From an uncultured Actinomycetes bacterium (GTDB lineage: Bacteria; Actinomycetota; Thermoleophilia; Gaiellales; JAICJC01), in contig CAVSYD010000003.1 of NCBI GenBank assembly GCA_963732075.1, positions 1,017,770 to 1,081,769 of the forward strand: a DNA stretch of 64,000 nt. Direction: 5' to 3'. The notes under the pieces are model-generated. The model searched no databases. It worked only from the letters and a program-made list of their open reading frames with translations, and had not been told where the DNA came from. The translations under genes were made by a program, and so were the position numbers. This document shows positions 57,721 to 64,000 of the stretch, piece by piece. Numbering within the stretch: position 1 is the stretch's first letter; the number at the start of each line of letters is the position of its first letter.

Positions 57721-58876
57721 ATGACCACGCCTGAATCCCCCCACTTCCCGGTCGCAAGCACGGGCGTCGACGACCTCGACCAGGCCCTCCACGGCCTCTA
57801 CTGGGGCGACAACGTGGTCTTCGAGCCCGACCGCACCGACACGGCCGCGCCGTTCTACGCCGCGATCGCCGGGCTGACCGCGCTCTACGACCACGCCGCC
57901 TACGTGTCGGTGTCGCAGACCCCGGAGGCGATCGAGCGCGAGTTCCCCAACCTCGCGTTTCTGGACGCCCGCCCCGGCACCCCGCTCGCGGAGCCAGGAC
58001 CGCTCCTGAACGCGATCAGGCGCCGGTGCACGCCCCAGACGCGCACGCTGCTCCTGTTCGACCCGCTCGACGACATGGCCGCGAACTGGGGCGCCGAGAT
58101 GGCGCGGCGCTTCTTCACCCGCTGCTGCCCGCTCCTGCTCGAGGTCGGCGCAATCGCCTACTGGTCGCTCTCGCAGGGCGAGCACTCCGAGAACCTTCGC
58201 CGCGATGTCGAGGACGTGACCCAGTGCGTGCTCGTCCTGCGCGACGGCCGGCTGCGGATCGCCAAGGCCGAGGGCCGCCCGGTCGGCGTGCAGGGAAGCG
58301 TCTACCACTACCGGCTCGCCGACGGCACGCCCGAGCTCACGCAGGCAACGGCAGCGGCCCGCCTCGGTGGGGCGCTGCGGGCGGTGCGCATGCAGCGCCA
58401 GTTGAGTCAGGCCCAGCTCGCCCAGCTCGCCGAGGTCTCCGCCAGCGCCATCTCGCAGGCCGAGCGCGGCCAGCGCGGGCTCTCCCTCGAGACCCTGCTG
58501 ACACTCACCGCGAACCTCAACATCACGGTCGACGAGCTGCTGCGCGGCCACATCGCCCCGGGTTACCGGCTCGGCCGCCGCGACGACCCCGCCGCGACAC
58601 CCACCGGCACCCCCGTCCCCCTGCTGGACGACCCCGAGGCGGGCCTTCGCACCTACCTCGTGCGGCTCGCCCCGGGAGCCACGGCCACCCCGAACATCGC
58701 CCACAAGGGCACCGAGCTCGTCGCCGTCGTCGCCGGGCTGGTGCAGATCCACCTGAGCAGCGGCCGCCCCGTGCTGCGCCAGGGCGAGGCCCTGCTCGCC
58801 GATCGCAGCACCATCCGCGGCTGGCGCAACATCGGCCAGCGCCCGGCGGCCCTCTTCTGGGTCATCCGCGACTTAA
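57721..58876 (+). CDS. Degenerate KaiC/RecA-like domain + XRE helix-turn-helix + cupin regulator
   Basis: STGVDDLDQAL..; LSQAQLAQLAEVSASAISQAERG; HKGTELV..; likely true stop TAA 58874-58876 (one extra T). Confidence 0.78.
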
Positions 58877-58896
58877 CCCAGTCCTACACTAAGGAC

Positions 58897-59738
58897 GTGG
58901 CGATCTCGTTCTCGGACTTCGACGACCCGGCCTTTGCGGCGGAGTTCGCGGCTCGCCGGCAGGACCGCATCGAGCGCGTCATGTCGCACCTTGTCCCGCT
59001 GTCCGGGATCGCGAGCGGGCCAGACCGTGGTCGACCTGTGCTGCGGCCCCGGCCTTCTGACGCGCCGGCTGGCCGAGCTGGTCGGCCCGGCGGGGAGGGT
59101 GATCGGCGTCGACGGGTCGGAGGCGATGGTCGAATCGCCCGCCGCGAGACGGCCGGCATGGGCAACGTGCGGATCGTGCACCGCGACGGCTACGCCGTCT
59201 CGACGGCGGTGGACGCCCCCGTCGATCACGTCATCGCGACGAGCGCATGGCAGAACTTCCTCACCGACCATCGCCGCCTCCTCGGCGAGCTCGGCCGCAC
59301 GCTGCGGCCCGGCGGCCGGTTCAGCTTCGACGTGCGGCTGCGCATCGGCGAGACGACGGATGTGGCCTTCGCGGACGTCGTCGCGCTCGTGCGGGCGCGG
59401 GTTCCCGGTCTCGAGCTGCCCGACCTGCCCGAGCGGCCGGCGCGGCAACCCTACGGCCGCGCCGAGCTCGAAGGCGACCTCGACGGTACTCGGCGAGCGC
59501 GGGTTCCAGTGTGGTCGAGCACGTCGAGGACGAGCGCGGCGGCGCGGGAACATGGCTCGACCGCCAGAGCTGGCGGTTCGAGTTCTGGCTCGCCCGCAAC
59601 GCTCCGCGGCTCTCGGCGGCCGAACGGGCGGCGGTCGTCGCCGACGTCACGCGTGAGCTGCGCGAGGGCCGCGCACACACCGAGGCCCGCCGCGTCGCCG
59701 TCGACATCGTCGCCGCGCGCACGCCCAAAGCCGCGTAG
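58897..59738 (+). CDS. Class I SAM-dependent methyltransferase (several indels)
   Basis: TACACT-N6-GTG; VVDLCCGPG, VIGVDGSEAM, LRPGGRF. Confidence 0.78.
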
Positions 59739-59820
59739 CCCCGGCTGCTGGGAGGTGCTGGCAATCGCGGAGAGTCCGTGTACCCTTGAACCGGGCGTTC
59801 TTCGACTGCTTGGAGGCAGG

Positions 59821-61241
59821 ATGTTGCGTTGGCGTGGATCGGTTGTGTGCGCGGTTTTCGTCTCGGCGCTGGTGTTCGCCGCCGGTGCCCAGGCCGTGGT
59901 GGCCGGGTCGAAGCCCGTGCTGTCTTCGTGGCAGACCAACGGCCGGGTCGAGACCGTCGTCATCAGCGGGTCGACGGCATACCTGGGTGGACTGTTCACG
60001 TCGATGCGGCCCTCCGGCGATCCGGTCGGAACGGGCGAGGTCGCCCGCAACCACGCGGCGGCGATCGACCTCGAGACGGGCGCGCTCCTGCCCTGGAACC
60101 CGAATGCGAACAACACCGTCCAGACGATCGCGGTGAACGGCTCGACGGTGTATCTGGGCGGCACGTTCGGCACGGTCGGCGGCAAGACCCACACCCGCCT
60201 GGCCGCCGTGGACGCGACCACGGGCGCACCGATCGCGACGTTCAAGGCGAAGGCCAACGCCGAGGTGATGTCGATCGCCGTGGGCGCGACCGGCCTCTAC
60301 GCGGGCGGCAGCTTCACCACCGCCGACAACGTCGCACACAACTATCTGGCCGAGGTCGATCTCTCGACCGGCGCGCTCGTGCCCGGGTGGACACGCGAGC
60401 GCGAGCGCGAAGGTCAACGCGATCGCCCTGACCACCGACGGCTCGCGCCTGGTCGTGGCTGGCACGTTCGCGAGCCTCGACGGGGTGACGGGCCACTCGA
60501 TCGGCGCGGTCAGCCCGGCGACCGGCGCCCTGCTCGGCTGGACGACGCACCCCTCCTACGCCATCACCACGCTCGCCGTCGACGCAAGCGGCGTCTACGC
60601 GGCGGGTACCGGAGCCGGCGGGAACATCGTCGCGTTCAACCCCTCGACCGGCGCGCAGCTGTGGATCGGCGGCCTGGACGGCAACGACCAGGCGATCGCG
60701 GTCGACAGCGGCAACGTCTATGTCGGCGGGCACTTCAACAACTACTGCGGCAAGGTGATGGGCACGAACAACTGCCCCTCGGCCGGGCGCGCGCGACCAT
60801 CTGCTCGCGCTGGACGAGACCACCGGCAGCCTCGAGGCGTGGCATCCCGCCGCCAACGGCGTCCTGGGCGTGTTCGCGCTCGCCGGCGGGGACGGCACCA
60901 TCGAGGCCGGCGGCGACTTCACCAAGATCGGCGGCTCCAGCCAGCAGGGCTTCGCGGAGTTCCCCGAGATCACGCTACCCACCGTCACCGACAGCGCCGG
61001 CGGGCTCCCGACGGCCACCACCCCGGTCACGGTCACGGCCACGGGCTCGACCGACACCGCACCGGGATTCGTCGGATACAAGTACGAGACGTCGACGAAC
61101 AACGGCACCACGTGGAGCGCGCTGCGAACCGGCGCCACGGCGACGGTGAAGGCGGTCGGCGTCACCGAGGTGCGCTTCGAGACCGTCGACGCCTACGGCA
61201 ACACGAGCGGCTGGGTCACGGACACCGTCACCATCACCTGA
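59821..61241 (+). CDS. Secreted beta-propeller protein with C-terminal Ig-like tail (two indels)
   Basis: Signal peptide ending AQA; repeats YLGG.F...AAIDL.TGALLPWNP; RBS GGAGG. Confidence 0.75.
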
Positions 61242-61242
61242 G

Positions 61243-62448
61243 TCAGGGCGTGATGGTGCCGTCGTCGTCGATGCGGGCGGCACGGGCTCCGAAGTCCTCG
61301 CGCGAGAGTTGGGAGATCACGCTCACGGCGTCGCCTCCCGGCACCGGCTGGCCCTGATCCACGAGCTCGGTCGGGATGATCCGCGCCGACGCGAACGCGC
61401 CGTTGCTGTGAAGCGTCACGTGCAGGATGCATGACGTCGAGAGCAGGCCGCCGAGGCCGAAGTTCGCGTAGCCGGCGAAGTTCCCGAGGCTGTAGGCGAT
61501 CAGGCGGCGATGGTAGAACTCCATCCCCCGCACCACGTGCGGGCCGCTCGCGATGACCAGGTCGGCGCCGGCGTCCACCGCCATGTGCGCAAACGCCTCG
61601 GGGTTGCCGCGGTCTTCGCCGACGTAGGTCTCCTCCCGCCCGGTGACGTCGGTCGGCGTCGACGCCCTCGGCGCCGGCGTGCATGTACACGACGACGAGA
61701 TCGGCCTGCTGCCGCGCCCGCTGGATCAGCGCCCGCGCGGCGGGCAGGTCGAGCAGGTTGGCCGTGTCGGAGTAGGGGGCGAAGGCGACGAACGCGACCC
61801 GGACGCCCCGCGCGCGCACGACCGTGATCTCGCCGGGAAGACCGGTCTGGGCGATGCCGGCGGCGTGCAGCGCCGACACCGTCTGCTCCTGTCCCGCGGC
61901 GCCGAAGTCGTACGAGTGGTTGTTGGCGTTGTTGAGCACCGTGAACCCGGCGTGGCGCAGGTCGGCGGCGTACGCCGGCGGCGCGCGGAAGGCGTAGCAG
62001 TCGTCGCGTGTCGGTTCCGCACTTGCTGCCGGTGGCGGTCGTGAGCGTGCCCTCCAGGTTGCCGAACACGATCTGGGCGCCGCCGCGGAGGAGCGAGGAG
62101 ACCGACGAGAAGTAGCTGTCCGGGTCGGGCGGGAGCATCGGCGTATCCCCGAGCATGGTGTCGCCGACGGCCGAGATCGTCACCGACGTCTTCGGAGGAG
62201 GCGTGGCCGCGGTCGAGGTGACCGAGCTCGCCGGGCGTGTCTTCGCGCTCGTGGCCGGCGCGGTGGGCGGAGTCGGGACAGTCACGTCGGCGCGCGAGCC
62301 GGAGCCTCCGCTGAATGCGAGATACGAGAACCTGCCCGCGATCGAGCACGAGCAGCACCACGACCCCGAGCGCGACTCTGCGCCGCCGCCGCACCCGGCG
62401 CCGGTGCATCGCCCGCCGGCGGCCGTACACCCTCCGCTCCCCGTCCAT
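61243..62448 (-). CDS. CapA family (PGA_cap) metallophosphatase-like protein (several indels)
   Basis: AVGDTMLG, GNLEGTL, ANNHSYDFG, YMHAGAEG, SGPHV, YSLGNF. Confidence 0.88.
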
Positions 62449-62510
62449 GGCTCAGAGCATACGGCCGGCGTCGGCGCCTGCCGTATGGCTGCGACGGCCG
62501 CGAAAGGCCC

Positions 62511-64000
62511 TCAGGCGGCGAGGTCGGACTCGAAGAGCACCGAGGCGGCGGGCGTCGGCCTGCCGATGTGATACCCCTGGGCGAGATCGCAGCCCAGGCG
62601 GCCGAGCTGGTCGAGGGTGGACTGCTCCTCGACGCCCTCGGCGACGACCTTCAGCCCGAGCGCGTGGGCGAGCTCGAATCGTGGCGCGGATCAGGGTGGA
62701 GTCGCCGTGCACGCCCTCGCCGGATGCGAGTTCCATCAGGAACGTCCGGTCGAGCTTGAGCTCGCCGATCGTCAGCCGGCTGAGGTACGGGAAGCGAGGT
62801 GAAGCCCGCGCCGAAGTCGTCGATCGAAACGACGCAGCCGAGCTCGCACAGCTCGTCGACCACGCGCTTGCAGCGTTCGAAGTCCGAGATGATCGTCGTC
62901 TCGGTGATCTCGAGCACGAGCGCGCTCGAGGGCAGGTGGTGGCGCAGCAGCTGCCGGCGGATCAGGTCGGTGAAGCCGACGTCCAGAATGTTCGTCGCCG
63001 AGACGTTGACCGAGACGGAGAGCTGGCGACCGCCCGCCCGCCATCGCGCGCACTGGGCGAGCGCCTGGTCGAGCACCATGGTCGTCAGCTCCCGCATCAG
63101 CCCCGCCTCCTCGGCGAGGGGCAGAAAGTCGAGCGGCGGGATGTATCCCGAGCCGCGGGTGCGGCCACCGCAGGAGCGCCTCGACCGCCGAGATCGTGCC
63201 GTCGCGGAGGTTGATCTGGGGCTGGTAGTGCAGCTCGAACTGGTGCTCTTCGATCGCGGTGCGCAGCTCCTCGACCAGGCGCAGCCGGTCGGCCTCGGAA
63301 TCGAGGCGCGCATCGTGGATCTCGAACGGCGTCCCGGCGCGCTTGGAGCGGTACATCGCGCGATCGGCGCAGCGCATGAGCTCCTCGGCGTCCGTGGCGT
63401 GGTCGGGGGCGATGGCGATGCCGATGCTCGCGCCGATCCGGACGCTGACCATGTCCAGCACGAACGGATCGTGCAGGGTGGCCGACAGGCGTTCGGCGAC
63501 CCGCGCGGCCCGGTCGCGGTCGGAGTCCACCAGGATGACGGCGAGCTCGTCGCCGCCGATCCGCACCAGCAGGTCGGACTCGCCCAGGCAGGTCTCGATC
63601 CGCGGCCCGATCTGCGTGAGGAGCTGGTCTCCGGCGGGATGGCCGAAGGAGTCGTTGATCTCCTTGAAGTGGTTGAGATCGACGAACAGGAAGGCGAGGT
63701 CGCGGGCAGCGGTCGCGGCGTTCTCGTGATCGGCGAAGAAGCTCTCGAGCACCTGAGCCAGCCGGCGGCGATTGCCGAGACCGGTCAGCTGGTCGGTCAC
63801 CGCCTGGCGGTGGCGCTCCTCGGTGAGCGTCCGCAGGCTGCGGACCGAGAGCGCAAGGCGGACGCCGACCACCACGAGCGTCGCTGCCGCCAGCGCCACC
63901 GCGACCGGCGAGATCGAGTGCATGCTGCCAATGAGCAGCACCGCGAGCCCGCACGCGGCGCCGATGCCCGGCAGCAGGAAGCCCGGCGCGGCCCGGTGGC
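62511..64000 (-). CDS. Membrane-associated GGDEF-EAL protein, 5' end outside window (indels)
   Basis: TDQLTGLGNRR, RIGGDEL, LHYQPQ, EALLRW, LEITE, IDDFGAG. Confidence 0.88.

Noticed and set aside
57721-61149. 1142-aa ORF suggesting a giant regulator-methyltransferase-propeller fusion
   Set aside because: It passes through junk-like stretches. Separate initiation signals exist at 58897 (TACACT-N6-GTG) and 59821 (RBS), and a near-frame TAA lies at 58874. Best explained as three genes joined by indels.
39000-64000. Many frameshifts as programmed frameshifting or mass pseudogenisation
   Set aside because: They hit unrelated genes, often in G/C runs, with no slippery-site pattern; sequencing or consensus error is more likely

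Overview
High-GC actinobacterial-type DNA. Gene content and style suggest Thermoleophilia/Gaiellales, but this is inference. Many genes are broken by single-base indels, mostly at 1-800 and 39,000-64,000, which looks like long-read/consensus error, so several features are reconstructed from ORF pieces. Left part (1-17.5 kb): a TetR-controlled amine/polyamine catabolic region with flavin amine oxidase, Rieske oxygenase, two PotD/B/C-type ABC sets (only one ATPase), acyl-CoA synthetase, enoyl-CoA hydratase, GlcG/HbpS and acyl-CoA dehydrogenase. Middle: tRNA-Ser(CGA), an ArsR operon, an MgtE-cytosolic-domain + NRAMP-like pair, an MsrPQ-like oxidoreductase with a two-component system, an orphan family-5 solute-binding protein + TetR, an unusual tRNA-Arg(GCG), and an accessory stretch with decayed genes. 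The best candidate for an under-described system is at 47.4-53.4 kb. It is a two-gene module bracketed by ~64-bp direct repeats (31 bp identical). One gene encodes a SARP/BTAD activator apparently fused through a transmembrane helix to an extracellular YVTN propeller and a family-5 solute-binding domain. The divergent gene encodes a secreted 14-blade propeller with 13 Cx7C motifs, and its promoter has 11-bp-phased SARP-type direct repeats. No CRISPR array, rRNA, transposase or integrase was seen.
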